Of a DNA stretch of 64,000 nt, positions 34,001-43,523 are shown one piece after another. The stretch comes from Candidatus Poribacteria bacterium (lineage in GTDB: Bacteria; Poribacteria; WGA-4E; PCPOR2b). The stretch covers positions 4,608,001 through 4,672,000 of the forward strand of contig OZ244042.1 in the NCBI GenBank assembly GCA_965215015.1, in the 5' to 3' direction. Each line of letters starts with the position of its first letter. Within the stretch, counting starts at the first letter, position 1. The position numbers and the translations under genes were made by a program. The notes under the pieces were generated by a model, which worked only from the letters and a program-made list of their open reading frames with translations, was not told where the DNA came from and searched no databases.

Positions 34001-34181
34001 TCGTGAAGGTAACAGCGAAAATCTGTTGAGGTGCTATTTGATGGTTTCGGATCAGATGTGCAATTCGGTGAGTGATGACCTTTGTTTTGCCGGTGCCAGG
34101 GCCCGCTACAACGAGCATGGCGCCATCAGTATGGGTTGCGGCTTCCTGTTGCTTCTCATTGAGTTCTTGTAGGAGTTCCAT
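31026..34181 (-). CDS. UvrD/PcrA SF1A helicase with inserted degenerate DHH-like segment and DEDDh 3'-5' exonuclease
   Basis: Helicase motifs AGPGTGKT, TFTNKAA, DEYQD, DQSIYSWRG, TLHAAKGTEF, EERRLFYVGMTRA. Exonuclease motifs DLET, GHNIAEFD, HRAIED. Confidence 0.9.
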   Translation of the reverse strand: MELLQELNEKQQEAATHTDGAMLVVAGPGTGKTKVITHRIAHLIRNHQIAPQQIFAVTFTNKAAQEMLNRIKELLGTTQGLEVRIHTFHAFCVRLLREHAEQIGLGVNFVIFSQETQDEVLIECLRELRQNRIAYPPWMLRNIIGTYKMRLEDPTADQDEIWLGDGTVIDDPVQVQDIADLLKAYQTKLASHNALDFDDLISKSVEVLEQVPDVRAKYHNDIRFILVDEYQDINAAQYTLLKLLSRAPQHNMMVVADGDQSIYSWRGSSPQYIEQFKEDFNPVVVELEEHYRCSEKILRAAGAVIAKNTRQKESVLKTHKDAGNTLYHYTLDTPDAEANHIITLIRKLVEGRYCSYGDIAVFYRTHQLAETLVDWLHQERIGFQRIGRVNSFHEEHAQRILSYLNSIQWELPRDIEMAVNFPQRLIDDLTLVRLKWLAQQKGITLIALLRKIEDYPNDVGPLTRWNVRQFFQQLDNFHEGIEGEKIHTIVNKLFNLLAHRRSPYQSEDVHEIENQPEIPGLRAATDILYSAINREDPIYLMASYGVDSYCAAHIIRNTLARYLDLSIYIDLLPPGSPLNPTTVESGVNILIGDFGDLLEREDTTILIGSAVNADANVLQLNQSRLTQSRSVTALKLCQRLLSNFERPNCADMIVYDLETIDNNPKSAEIIEVGANRLSAIGSELERYYQLVKPTGRIPQSSMRIHGIDNETVANEPGIETVLPQFLSFIQDRILIGHNIAEFDNLVLERDLGRYLKRGLSNPYYDTLATAQRLYPRESYNLEALASKFDIKHDTMHRAIEDVYVTRRVFDELIKEDLRRREVRSLPELLPLVGIGILAAQESRQYLGIEEGTEGGIQTFYQAAARYVRTHRPALDWIDVDLQPTEQQLVQDFIKTLTQTQIEESPEDRDWEARRARFMNGVLHFETTSVERRLTDFLDYQKLINSADEMEIEADKITLMTLHAAKGTEFPVVIIMGLEDGTFPIRRKGQPLSELEEERRLFYVGMTRAQERLYLTSVIRRKDDYERGSSMFLREIPSNLIEHWHRGRKGKR

Positions 34182-34378
34182 AATCACTACCCCGCTTGGA
34201 TTCATTTTTGTTAATTGTATTTTAACATATCAACACAAACAAAGCAAGTAATATTCAGGCTCATACGAAAAGAAAGTATAAAACGCGAGAAGCGTGAAAG
34301 CCATTGATTCATTGGTTCACTAGTTCGTTGGTGCCCGCCCTGCGGAACTTCTAAAAAAAGCATGTGCAAAGCGTTAAG

Positions 34379-34459
34379 AGAAACTGAGTTTTTGGCAGTA
34401 AGGAACAACAATTCTCCGGTCTGTGACCGAAAATCCGAGAGTTGTTCCCTACAGTTTCT
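34379..34459. repeat. REP hairpin nested in a second palindrome type
   Basis: AGAAACTGAGTTTTTGGCA-[GTAAGGAACAAC...GTTGTTCCCTAC]-AGTTTCT; an empty form is at 63675-63707. Confidence 0.55.
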
Positions 34460-34545
34460 GTTGTACAATTTTTTAACATGAACCAATATCTGAAAGTGGG
34501 AGAGAGACGGCAAGAGCACAGTCATACGCCTCCTACTTAGTCCGA

Positions 34546-36495
34546 TTACCCCTCTGCTAATGCCTCAAGGGCGTTCAGGTGCCAGTCTGGGTCCTCCAGT
34601 GCCTCGTACACAACGCCACCCTCAATGTTTCGAGGCATGGGGAGACCCAACAGATGGCAGAGCGTCGGGGCGACATCAATTACCCGCACCTGCCGCTGAA
34701 GTGCCACGCCTTGACGGACGCCCGCACCGGACAAAATGAACGTCGAGTGCTGTCCACCGATGCCAAAGCTGACGGAGGGGAGTTGCTTGCCATGTGCGCC
34801 ATCAAACTCCGGGCGCAATGCGTAAACCACATCCCCTACAAGGTCACTGGTGAGGTTAACCATTTCGGCGTCTGCATGTGTCAGCGCGAGTGAGAACGGA
34901 TGTCCGCCGGTCTCAGAATCTTTATAGGCGTGAAGGGCGGCAATAATCTCACGCTGGGTAGCTTCATAGTCAGCAGGATCAACGATACCGTGAGGTTCAC
35001 GCCCTTTGAGATTGATAAAAACATGCACCAAGCCGACGTTGATGGCACGGGTCTTCGACCAATCTATCTCTCGTGTTCCTTCCTTGTAGACGATGAAGCC
35101 CGCTTCTGCAAGGACTTCGGCGATATCTACCGAACGAAATTGGTTGGGTGTCCCGCCGTGGTCCGAGCACACGAGGATAACTGTGTCATCGTCCGCGAGT
35201 TCCATCACGCGCCCGATCATCCGGTCAACCGAAGCGTAAGTGCGAATGACACCATCTCGGCAGCGTTGGATTGTTTCAGGGGATGCACCGCTTATCTCGT
35301 CCGCCTGACTCAAGAAGAAGTGACTTGTATAGTCTGGCGCGTGGGTTTCCATCATGAGGACATCCCACTCGCGTGTCTTGGTCAGATGCCCTGCGACATC
35401 GGCAAGCCGTTGATGGTGATATTCCAACGACTCAAAGTAGGTGTCATCATCTATTACACCCAAGGCATCCCGTCCGGGGTTTTGCAGAAAAGTACCGATT
35501 TCCTGATCAATCTCCTGTGCAATTTCGTCGGGAACGGTATAACCTTCCCGGGGCCAAATCTGCGGGACGAATAGTTCAAACGCATCAGCATTTGGGGTGA
35601 GTGTAATCAGTTTCATGCGGACATACCCGTCAACATCAGCCCCATCAATCTCGAAAGTATCCAGCCAAAAATCGCTCCAGTCTCCCACACTAAGCTCCGT
35701 AACGGTATCAGTCCCAGATCGACTGCGGCATATCCGCACGCGATCGTAGCCGTTCTCACCGGTGGCGTAGATCAGTCCGAAGAAGGGCTTGGGAGTGCCA
35801 TGTTTACCACGGTTCATATCTTGCCGACCTCGCGTGAGCGGCTGGATTGTCAATTCAACTTCGCGCGGCGGTTGTGTCGAATCGGGTAGATCCCCCCACC
35901 CTTTCTCATCAATTGATTCCACTGTGACCGGATCGACTTCGCTAACTGTTTGTAATCCGCTTGGATCCAATGTCTCCGGATCTCGTTCTCCACCAATTGG
36001 GCGAGGTGTCCATTTTCCACTAACGAAGAGGTGATAGCCTGCAACCTGATGGTGGTTCGATACGCCTGGTCCCGTGCCTTCCACTTGGATGCCTGTGGTT
36101 ACGGTTGGAGGCCAAGACATCTCCCACTTGACAAGGATCGGTTTTCGGCCAGCGCGCTCCACCAGATTCCAGAGGTATTCGGATTGACACAGTCTCGTGT
36201 TGATACCCCAAACGGTTTGATCTAGCCGCTCCCCCAAAGCACGGATATTGAAATCCATTACCCGGTGGGTGCCGGGCCATGAACCGGTACTGAGTGCTGT
36301 CCATCCCGGTGGAGTCAGGGTTGGAAAAACGCCAATCATGGGTCGAAAAACCCCTTGTTCTAGCAGCCTCCCCATGTTTGGGGCGTGCCCCCAATCGATC
36401 ACATTTTTGACCAGTTCCATGCTGGCACCGTCCATGCCAATTACAATCGCACGTTTCGCTGGAGACAGACTTGATACATTAGAATTTGTACGCAT
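34546..36495 (-). CDS. Alkaline phosphatase superfamily protein (nucleotide pyrophosphatase/phosphodiesterase-like)
   Basis: IGMDGA, PTLTPPGWTALSTG, CSDHG, DVAPTL. Confidence 0.88.
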   Translation of the reverse strand: MRTNSNVSSLSPAKRAIVIGMDGASMELVKNVIDWGHAPNMGRLLEQGVFRPMIGVFPTLTPPGWTALSTGSWPGTHRVMDFNIRALGERLDQTVWGINTRLCQSEYLWNLVERAGRKPILVKWEMSWPPTVTTGIQVEGTGPGVSNHHQVAGYHLFVSGKWTPRPIGGERDPETLDPSGLQTVSEVDPVTVESIDEKGWGDLPDSTQPPREVELTIQPLTRGRQDMNRGKHGTPKPFFGLIYATGENGYDRVRICRSRSGTDTVTELSVGDWSDFWLDTFEIDGADVDGYVRMKLITLTPNADAFELFVPQIWPREGYTVPDEIAQEIDQEIGTFLQNPGRDALGVIDDDTYFESLEYHHQRLADVAGHLTKTREWDVLMMETHAPDYTSHFFLSQADEISGASPETIQRCRDGVIRTYASVDRMIGRVMELADDDTVILVCSDHGGTPNQFRSVDIAEVLAEAGFIVYKEGTREIDWSKTRAINVGLVHVFINLKGREPHGIVDPADYEATQREIIAALHAYKDSETGGHPFSLALTHADAEMVNLTSDLVGDVVYALRPEFDGAHGKQLPSVSFGIGGQHSTFILSGAGVRQGVALQRQVRVIDVAPTLCHLLGLPMPRNIEGGVVYEALEDPDWHLNALEALAEG

Positions 36496-36781
36496 TACAA
36501 GTTCCTTCCTTCTGAGATTTTCGGATTCCTTAAGTGGTTTAAATTGATTTTATCACAGCTCCATTAATCCGTCAATCACTAGAGGGATACAATTTGAGAT
36601 TTACCACTTGTCAAGAACAGGGCAGATCGAGTATATTATCATAATGCAATTCTTAATCGGAATGTTGCTGTAATTTGCGTCTCTAAATCTATGCTTTCAC
36701 AATTGTATGGATTGATTCAAAATCAAGTGATATAATGTGTTTCACTCAAGTTTACGAATTAACCAACCACGGAGAAAATCG

Positions 36782-37759
36782 ATGAATGTAGTTCCAGAAG
36801 AATTTATCCGCGTTATGCCAGATGCACTCCGAGGCTTCATCAGTGAAGCTTTCCAGAAGGCAGGAACTTCGGAAGAGGACGCTGTGCACATGGCACACCT
36901 GCTTGTTCTTACCGATCTGCGCGGTGTGTTCAGTCATGGGACGCGCCAGACGCCGGGATATGTGGACATGATGCTTGATGGCAAAGTGAATCCACGCCCA
37001 ACTGTCCGCTGCATTGATGAATCCCCGACGACAGCGGTCTACGATGGTGACGGTGGCATGGGGCATTTCGCCTCGTATCACGCTGCGAAGGCAGCGGTCA
37101 AAAAAGCCAAAGAGATGGGGCTAGGTGCCGCAACGAGTCGCAATCACTTCCACTTTGGGAGTGCTGGCAAGTATTCACGGCTTGCGCTTGAAGTGGATTG
37201 TGCCGGGTTTGCGGTCTCTTGCCACCGTTTTAGGCACAGCCCTGACGGTGTGATTGCCACGGCAACGGGAGCTTCACCGATGAGTTTCGCGATTCCAGCG
37301 GGTAACCAGCCCCCCATAGTCGCTGATATGGCAACCGGCATTGATGCCAAGCTGCCGTTCAAACAAGCGTTTGAACAGAGTCCCGCTGCCTTCTTCAAGA
37401 TGTTGGGTTTGAGTCATGTGAGTCATGCGCTCGGTGGATTTATGGCAGGCATCTGGCTATTCGATAAGCCGCCAGATCCCCCGACAATCTGGGAAGGTGC
37501 CAATCAAGGTGCTTTCATCGCAGCAATTGACATTTCCCGGTTCCGACCGACTGACGAGTTCAAGGGGGAGATTGACCAACATATCTGCGATGCCCGCCAG
37601 ATGCAACCGGCCCCAGGTTATGACCGATCGGATCTGCCCGGCGGCTTAGAATGGGAGCGCGAACGGGAGTGGGCCGAAGTTGGTATCCCGGTTGGCAAAG
37701 AACATCAGGAACAGTTGAAAATAGTTGCTGAACGGGTTGGCATTCCGCTTCCATTCTAA
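36782..37759 (+). CDS. Ldh_2 family (malate/L-lactate/ureidoglycolate-type) dehydrogenase
   Basis: DLRGVFSHG, DGDGGMGH, NHFHFGSAG, DMAT, LPGGLE. Confidence 0.88.
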   Translation: MNVVPEEFIRVMPDALRGFISEAFQKAGTSEEDAVHMAHLLVLTDLRGVFSHGTRQTPGYVDMMLDGKVNPRPTVRCIDESPTTAVYDGDGGMGHFASYHAAKAAVKKAKEMGLGAATSRNHFHFGSAGKYSRLALEVDCAGFAVSCHRFRHSPDGVIATATGASPMSFAIPAGNQPPIVADMATGIDAKLPFKQAFEQSPAAFFKMLGLSHVSHALGGFMAGIWLFDKPPDPPTIWEGANQGAFIAAIDISRFRPTDEFKGEIDQHICDARQMQPAPGYDRSDLPGGLEWEREREWAEVGIPVGKEHQEQLKIVAERVGIPLPF

Positions 37760-37859
37760 ATATTCACCAATTTTATTAATCTTATTCAAATTTAGTGGGG
37801 GTCATCCTGATAAACTGGGATTTACATATACTCCCCCAAACAGCAAAAGGAGCATTCAA

Positions 37860-38591
37860 ATGTCTCAGATTAAATCCGTTCTATTGTGGGAGAATCCACG
37901 ACGATATATCCGCGAAGCTATTGATGAAGGAACGCTTAGGGGCGCGATTATTCCAACAGGCAGCACCGAACAACACAACGAACATCTGGCAATGATTCAT
38001 GATACCGCAAGTGCAGTGCATGTCTCAAAGTTGGCTGCACAGAAATTGTTTCCTGAAGTGATTGTGACGACGCCGCTGGCGATTGGTGTGTCAGAGCACT
38101 GGATGGATCACAAGGGAACCCTGACACTTCGCGCCGAAGTATTCGGGCAAGTCCTGTATGATGTAGCGGATAGCATGCGTCGTCATGGGATTACAAATAT
38201 ACTGATTATCAACGGACATGCCGGCAACGCTGGGCCCGTAAATGAACGACTGGATGGCTACCGCGAACAACTCGGCATCAACATTGATTTCCACTCGTAC
38301 TGGGAGGCGTATTCCCCTGAGTTTGTCCAAGAGCAGATGGAGACGGGCAGATGCCCCGGTCATGCTGCAGAGTTTGAAACGGCGTTTGCGTGGGCGGCCT
38401 TTCCAGAAAATGTTGATTGGGATGGCGTGGATTATGACAGTGCCAAGCTAACCATTTCCAACCCGCAACAGGCTGAAGCTGATCGGATGTATCATCATGA
38501 CGCGAAGCTGGCGACTGCCGAAAAGGGGCAAGCGATGATCGATGTCGCTGTCGATTGGGTTGCCGGAAGGATGCAGGAGATGATGGGATAG
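37860..38591 (+). CDS. Creatininase family amidohydrolase
   Basis: PTGSTEQHNEHL..D, NGHAGN, HAAEFET. Confidence 0.88.
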   Translation: MSQIKSVLLWENPRRYIREAIDEGTLRGAIIPTGSTEQHNEHLAMIHDTASAVHVSKLAAQKLFPEVIVTTPLAIGVSEHWMDHKGTLTLRAEVFGQVLYDVADSMRRHGITNILIINGHAGNAGPVNERLDGYREQLGINIDFHSYWEAYSPEFVQEQMETGRCPGHAAEFETAFAWAAFPENVDWDGVDYDSAKLTISNPQQAEADRMYHHDAKLATAEKGQAMIDVAVDWVAGRMQEMMG

Positions 38592-38648
38592 CCTTCAGCC
38601 TTGCGAGGGTTTAATACCTTCGTAAGGCTTAGCCGCTGAGGTAAAATT

Positions 38649-39650
38649 ATGAAAACCAAAATTCTGGGCAGAACCGGACTGGAAGTTCCGATTGTGGGTT
38701 TGGGGGCTGCGTTTATCGGGATCCCCACCCCCAATCAAGCCGCTGAGGAATACCCTGAAGATCCCAACAACCTTCGAGGGGATGAATTCCTTACCAGCTA
38801 CATGGAAGAAGCACTCGGTGTACAAACCATCCATGCTGCTATTGAGGCTGGCAGTACACTCATCGACACTGCCCCCCTTTACGGTGGCACCCGAAGCGAG
38901 ACAACAATTGGTCGTGCGCTGAAGGCACGCCCAGATTTGGCTGCCAAATGTACCGTTACTACCAAGGTCGGACAAATCACGATGGATGCGCGGGACTACA
39001 GTTTTGATGCAATCCGGCGTGATGTGGAAGCGAGCCAACAACGTCTGGGTATCGAACAATTTGACGTTCTCTACATTCACGATCCCATGGATATCCCGGT
39101 GGAACAGGTGATGGGCCAGGATGGTGCGTTGGGAGCATTACGTAGACTCCAGAAAGAGGGAGTTGTTCAATTTGTCGGAGTTGCGGCTAATGACCCTCAG
39201 ACGAATACGCCCTACATCGAAACTGGGGAATTTGACGCTGCTATAGTTCCAGAGGCTTGGAGCCTCCTGAATCAGCTGGCGGCGGAACGCATTCTGCCTG
39301 CTGCGGAAAGGGATAATGTAGGACTTGTCATCGCGACGCCACTTGAACGAGGCTTGCTTGCAACGGGTCCAGTAGCGGATATCAACTATCTGGCCCGGAA
39401 CTTCAGTCAGGACTGCCTAGACCACGTTTCCAAAATCCAGAATCTCTGCCAAGACTACAACATTCCGATGGTGGCTGCTGCCCTGCAATGGTGCACCCGT
39501 CATCCACAAGTCGCCTCCACGATTCCGGGGGCTCGCACCCCCGAAGAAGCCGCTGAGAACGCACGGTCAGGGACGGTTGAAATTCCTGAGACCTTCTGGG
39601 CAGATTTGGGACCCCTCGTCCGACATTTTGAGATTGGCGTTGACCGTTAA
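38649..39650 (+). CDS. Aldo/keto reductase
   Basis: LGRTGLEV, DTAPLYG, TTKVG, LYIHDP, IPGART. Confidence 0.9.
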   Translation: MKTKILGRTGLEVPIVGLGAAFIGIPTPNQAAEEYPEDPNNLRGDEFLTSYMEEALGVQTIHAAIEAGSTLIDTAPLYGGTRSETTIGRALKARPDLAAKCTVTTKVGQITMDARDYSFDAIRRDVEASQQRLGIEQFDVLYIHDPMDIPVEQVMGQDGALGALRRLQKEGVVQFVGVAANDPQTNTPYIETGEFDAAIVPEAWSLLNQLAAERILPAAERDNVGLVIATPLERGLLATGPVADINYLARNFSQDCLDHVSKIQNLCQDYNIPMVAAALQWCTRHPQVASTIPGARTPEEAAENARSGTVEIPETFWADLGPLVRHFEIGVDR

Positions 39651-39655
39651 TTAAG

Positions 39656-39952
39656 TAGGACTCACGCCCTTCAGTTTTATACAACAGATACGGACGCAGA
39701 TTTCGCTGATTTTCGCAGGTAAAAAACGATACTAAAAAAGTTACGTTTTCCACACGAAAATGAGGTAATTGCTACTATCTCAGAATTGAGCTTTTTGTTG
39801 TAGACTTTCAACTGCATTTCAAGTAATTACAAACAATTACATTAGGCATACGCCGTATGCTGTCCCCCCCCTAACCCCGCAAGCAGGGGGATGGTACGCG
39901 GAGCGTGCCTGTTACTTTGGGATGATTCGAGGGTTCAACTGCGTAGGTCCCA
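39656..39952. mobile_element. MITE-like element, TAGGACTTACGCA terminal-repeat family
   Basis: TAGGACTCACGC...TGCGTAGGTCCCA (degenerate ends) enclosing REP-like hairpins. Confidence 0.45.
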
Positions 39953-39971
39953 CGTCCTTAGGAAAAATTTG

Positions 39972-40397
39972 ATGAAACAGATGTTAATGATGATGGCTGC
40001 CGGCTTAATCGTCGTTCTGATGGGTCTTGGTTGTAGTTCGACAAATCAGCTTGCTACGGAAATTATATACGACGCGAAAGTGCAGGTAGAAGCAGCCAAA
40101 GCAGCGAACGCTCAAAACCTTGCAACTCAAGAATTGACAGATGCAGAACAGATGCTTACTCGATCAGAAAAGGCATTGAGTACTGGAAAAGAGAAAGAAG
40201 CATATCGGCTAGGAATGCGCGCCCACTTGAAGGCTAAAGTTGCGAGAACCGTTGCTGTTGCCAATCAGGTGGAGGCGGGAGCTAGCAGTTCAGAAAGTAC
40301 ATTGGAGTTGAAAGTACGGGCTGTAGAAGCCGCACATCGAGACCTTGAACAGGCGGAGAAGGAGTTAGAAGAGTTGCAATCAACGCCTGAAGAATAG
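39972..40397 (+). CDS. DUF4398-like lipoprotein
   Basis: Lipobox GLG-C; Ala-rich helical A..A.A...A..EL..A pattern; directly upstream of an OmpA-family gene. Confidence 0.7.
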   Translation: MKQMLMMMAAGLIVVLMGLGCSSTNQLATEIIYDAKVQVEAAKAANAQNLATQELTDAEQMLTRSEKALSTGKEKEAYRLGMRAHLKAKVARTVAVANQVEAGASSSESTLELKVRAVEAAHRDLEQAEKELEELQSTPEE

Positions 40398-40474
40398 ATT
40401 TCTTAAACTAAAGAAACAATTGATTTATACTTAAAAAGGGAATAGCTCTTAACGGTAGTCATTGGAGGAATGGA

Positions 40475-42214
40475 TTGAATCAATTCATGCGATATGCAGG
40501 GCGAAATTTACAATACACAACTTATTTGCGACACGTAGCTTTTTACGCATTCATGGTATTCGGATTTGTGAGTTGTGCCGGAACAGTGGATCCGATTTTG
40601 CTCGAATCAAGCCTGAATGACACGCAGAATGCTATCTCCGACGCGCGGCGGTTAGGGGCGGAAGGATATGCTGCTGAAACATTCAACAAGGCGACACGGC
40701 TATTTGAAGAGGCACAACAAGCCCAGCGTAACGGTGATGGAGTTCAGAGCACAGAATTGGCGTTTCGGGCGGCAATGGAGTCTAAAATCGCAGGTGCACA
40801 GGCTCGTCAACGAATCGCTCAAAACCGAATTGACGAAGCGCACGCTGAAGGACTGAGGGCTGTGATTCAGGAGATGGAGTATAAGACCCAAACGGCACAA
40901 GTTCGGCGGTTAATTGCAGAAGAAAAGACGAAGCGAGCTTTGGCTAGAGCCCTCCGAGCGGAGCAGCGAGCGGCGGCTGCACAAGCGGAATCAGCACAGG
41001 CAAGAAAAGATGCCCAAAATGCTCGGCTCCGATCGCAGATACAAGTTGTTATCGATAAGGTACAACTCATACTGGAGGATGCCAAAGAGACAGGGGTGCT
41101 CACTTACGGCTCAGACAACTACCAAGCAGCGAAGGACCTGATTGTCCAAGCACGTTCTACCCTCGCACAGGACAAGTTTGATGAAGCGGAATCACTTGCC
41201 ACACAAGCCGAGAGCTATGCAAATAAAGCGAGGATTGCAGCCGTTGCTGGAGCGAGTGCCGCTGCTAGTAAATCACAGGCAGCAAAACTGGAAGCACACA
41301 CAAATGCAAAGGTGGCGATCGCCCGCGCACAGTTTGAGATTGATCGGGCAGAGCAGGTCAATGCGTTTGAGCATGCGGCGGGCCTCTTTCAACGCGCTGT
41401 CACCAGCTTTGAAGGGGCGAATATGGCTCTGACAAGAGAGCGGTATGATCAGGCATTGCGGCTCGCCGCACAGGCTGAAAGTAGTGCACATGATGCCTTC
41501 ACTACCGCTGAACCGATTGAACGGGAACGTTTGGCAAAGGAAGCCTTGGAGGAGCAAATCGCTCAAGCCAAAGACGTAGTTTTCCGGGTGGAAGAAACCT
41601 TGAACCGAGAAACACCGGCAGCGACAACGCTCAGCCCTCTACACTACGAACAGGCGAAAACGCTGCTCGCAGAGGCCAAACAGGCACTTGCGAATGGAGA
41701 CTACGCTCACACCATCACAGTTGGTCAGCAGAGCTATGACGACTTGATGGCCGCAATTGAAAAGGGAAAAGAGATTGAGGCAGTTGAGGCCCGGATTCTT
41801 GATGCCGCCGCAGCAATTCCTGACGCAGAAACGGATCGAACCGAGAAGGGTGCACTCATCCGATTCAGTGGAAACCTTTTCAAACAAGGAAGTTCGGAAA
41901 TCAATCCCCAATTCTTTCCCAAGATTCGTCAACTTGCTGAGGTTATTAAAACGTTTGTCGACTATAAAGTGCAAATCGAAGGGCATAGCGACAGCAGTGG
42001 GGGAACGGGGGTAAATCTGAGGTTGACGCAGAAGCGTGCTGATGCGTTCATGAAATACCTCACTGAAAAGTGCGGTGTACCGCTGGAACGGATGACCGCT
42101 ATCGGTTTAGGTGAAGCTCATCCTATTGCGGATAACAATTTTAAGGTGGGCAGAGATAAAAATCGGCGGATTGATACAATCCTTCTGACGAGGGAGCTAG
42201 AAATTTACGAATGA
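40475..42214 (+). CDS. OmpA-family lipoprotein with repeated DUF4398-like helical domains
   Basis: FVS-C lipobox; C-terminal IEGHSDSSG...NLRLTQKRA...NRRID OmpA domain. Confidence 0.88.
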   Translation: MNQFMRYAGRNLQYTTYLRHVAFYAFMVFGFVSCAGTVDPILLESSLNDTQNAISDARRLGAEGYAAETFNKATRLFEEAQQAQRNGDGVQSTELAFRAAMESKIAGAQARQRIAQNRIDEAHAEGLRAVIQEMEYKTQTAQVRRLIAEEKTKRALARALRAEQRAAAAQAESAQARKDAQNARLRSQIQVVIDKVQLILEDAKETGVLTYGSDNYQAAKDLIVQARSTLAQDKFDEAESLATQAESYANKARIAAVAGASAAASKSQAAKLEAHTNAKVAIARAQFEIDRAEQVNAFEHAAGLFQRAVTSFEGANMALTRERYDQALRLAAQAESSAHDAFTTAEPIERERLAKEALEEQIAQAKDVVFRVEETLNRETPAATTLSPLHYEQAKTLLAEAKQALANGDYAHTITVGQQSYDDLMAAIEKGKEIEAVEARILDAAAAIPDAETDRTEKGALIRFSGNLFKQGSSEINPQFFPKIRQLAEVIKTFVDYKVQIEGHSDSSGGTGVNLRLTQKRADAFMKYLTEKCGVPLERMTAIGLGEAHPIADNNFKVGRDKNRRIDTILLTRELEIYE

Positions 42215-42260
42215 GGGATATTTGCCAAATTTGTAGGTTTCCACGGAGGCTTGGAGACGC

Positions 42261-42560
42261 GTGCCAGATCGAGATACATTTCAAAAAATCGAACCGTTCA
42301 TCGTCCACCAAATTGCACAAAGTTTGTTTGGAGATCGGTATATCATTATTTACGATAATACGATTCAGTTTCACAGTCATTGCTATCATGTCAAGCGGAT
42401 TGAGGACACAACGCACCTATACACCGGATACTACTATCTCATGGACGCAAATACGCAATTGGCGATGCAGACTGATGAGGATTTCGCCGCGCCGGGAAGC
42501 TACGGGGCAATCTTCGATTCGGCCACAGGAGAAATTGTTGGTTATGATGGGGAGGGATAA
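42261..42560 (+). CDS. Hypothetical protein (99 aa)
   Basis: GTG start after GGAG; protein-like composition; no family recognised. Confidence 0.6.
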   Translation: MPDRDTFQKIEPFIVHQIAQSLFGDRYIIIYDNTIQFHSHCYHVKRIEDTTHLYTGYYYLMDANTQLAMQTDEDFAAPGSYGAIFDSATGEIVGYDGEG

Positions 42561-42606
42561 CACAGCAAGCTTGACTTCGTGAGTTTCGGCGAAGATCAAC
42601 TTTTAG

Positions 42607-42635
42607 CTGACAAATGCGGGCGCGTTTAATGTACT
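42607..42635 (+). promoter_or_regulatory. Degenerate copy of the tRNA-operon promoter (cassette 1)
   Basis: CTGACA-N17-TGTACT, homologous to 44720 and 46441. Confidence 0.6.
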
Positions 42636-42648
42636 TAAAGGTGCTCTC

Positions 42649-42683
42649 GCGGGAGTAGCTCAGCAGTGGAGCTCTACCTGGCC
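42649..42683 (+). pseudogene. 5' half of tRNA-Gly(GCC), copy 1
   Basis: GCGGGAGTAGCTCAGCAGTGGAGCTCTACCTGGCC; 31/35 identical to 46483-46517; ends at the anticodon. Confidence 0.85.
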
Positions 42684-42746
42684 GTGGGAATTAACTATTG
42701 CCTCTTTTAACCCTTATGTATGGCTTACTAGCACGGAGGAATCAAG

Positions 42747-43523
42747 ATGAAGGCTAAACTTTTTCAAAGATTGGTGCTCCTTCTTTTTTGCGTATCCTTA
42801 CCCTGCTTGATGGGAGCGTATCGTATTACGCCTACAGAGGGATTGAGTATCTCCTCTATGGTTAAACTCTCCAATCTGGTGTTTACCGGAGAAGTTGTCG
42901 AGATGGAATTTGTCTTTCGAGAGGATCTACCACCTCAGTTTACGACAGATATCACCGTTGAGGTCGAAGCGATGATTAAAGGAACACCCAATGCCGGAGA
43001 AAACCGCGTGAAATTCATGATCCGTGGCGGAGAGGGTGTCCATCCCACAACAGGAGAGTCGCTGATATGTATTGCAACAGGTGCACCGCAGTTTGAAATA
43101 GGGGAGAAGGTGCTTATCTTCTTGCTAAGACACACGCGTTTGATAGAACACAGGCGTTTAAGGCAGCTGTCACCGCCCCCCTATGAGGGGCTGGCACCGG
43201 TGTGGTGGGGAAACAGAAAGATAGTGGATGAAAAAGTATCTGTGCCCTATACGTTCCAGAAAAGATTATTTGAGAATGGGCAGTGGAGAGATAAAACTCA
43301 AATGAGGGATATTCATCTCCCAATTGATTTGGCACGGCAGATTGCTCAAGCGGCATTGCAAAATGCCGAAGCCGTTTCAACGGTAGAAGAGCAGATTAGG
43401 ACCTTTGCTAAAAATGCCCCGGTGGTGCCAGGTGAGAACCCCATGCCGGGTCAGGTGCTTCTAGACAGTGTTGAGGCAGCAATCACACCCATTCTCCCTC
43501 AGGAACGAATGGAGGAACAATAG
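42747..43523 (+). CDS. Secreted protein with TIMP/NTR-like OB-fold (cassette 1, gene A)
   Basis: Signal peptide; pattern S...MV..S.LVFTG.V...TDITV.V...IKG...GG...G.P.F..GE.V.IFL. Fold call is from pattern recognition. Confidence 0.65.
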   Translation: MKAKLFQRLVLLLFCVSLPCLMGAYRITPTEGLSISSMVKLSNLVFTGEVVEMEFVFREDLPPQFTTDITVEVEAMIKGTPNAGENRVKFMIRGGEGVHPTTGESLICIATGAPQFEIGEKVLIFLLRHTRLIEHRRLRQLSPPPYEGLAPVWWGNRKIVDEKVSVPYTFQKRLFENGQWRDKTQMRDIHLPIDLARQIAQAALQNAEAVSTVEEQIRTFAKNAPVVPGENPMPGQVLLDSVEAAITPILPQERMEEQ

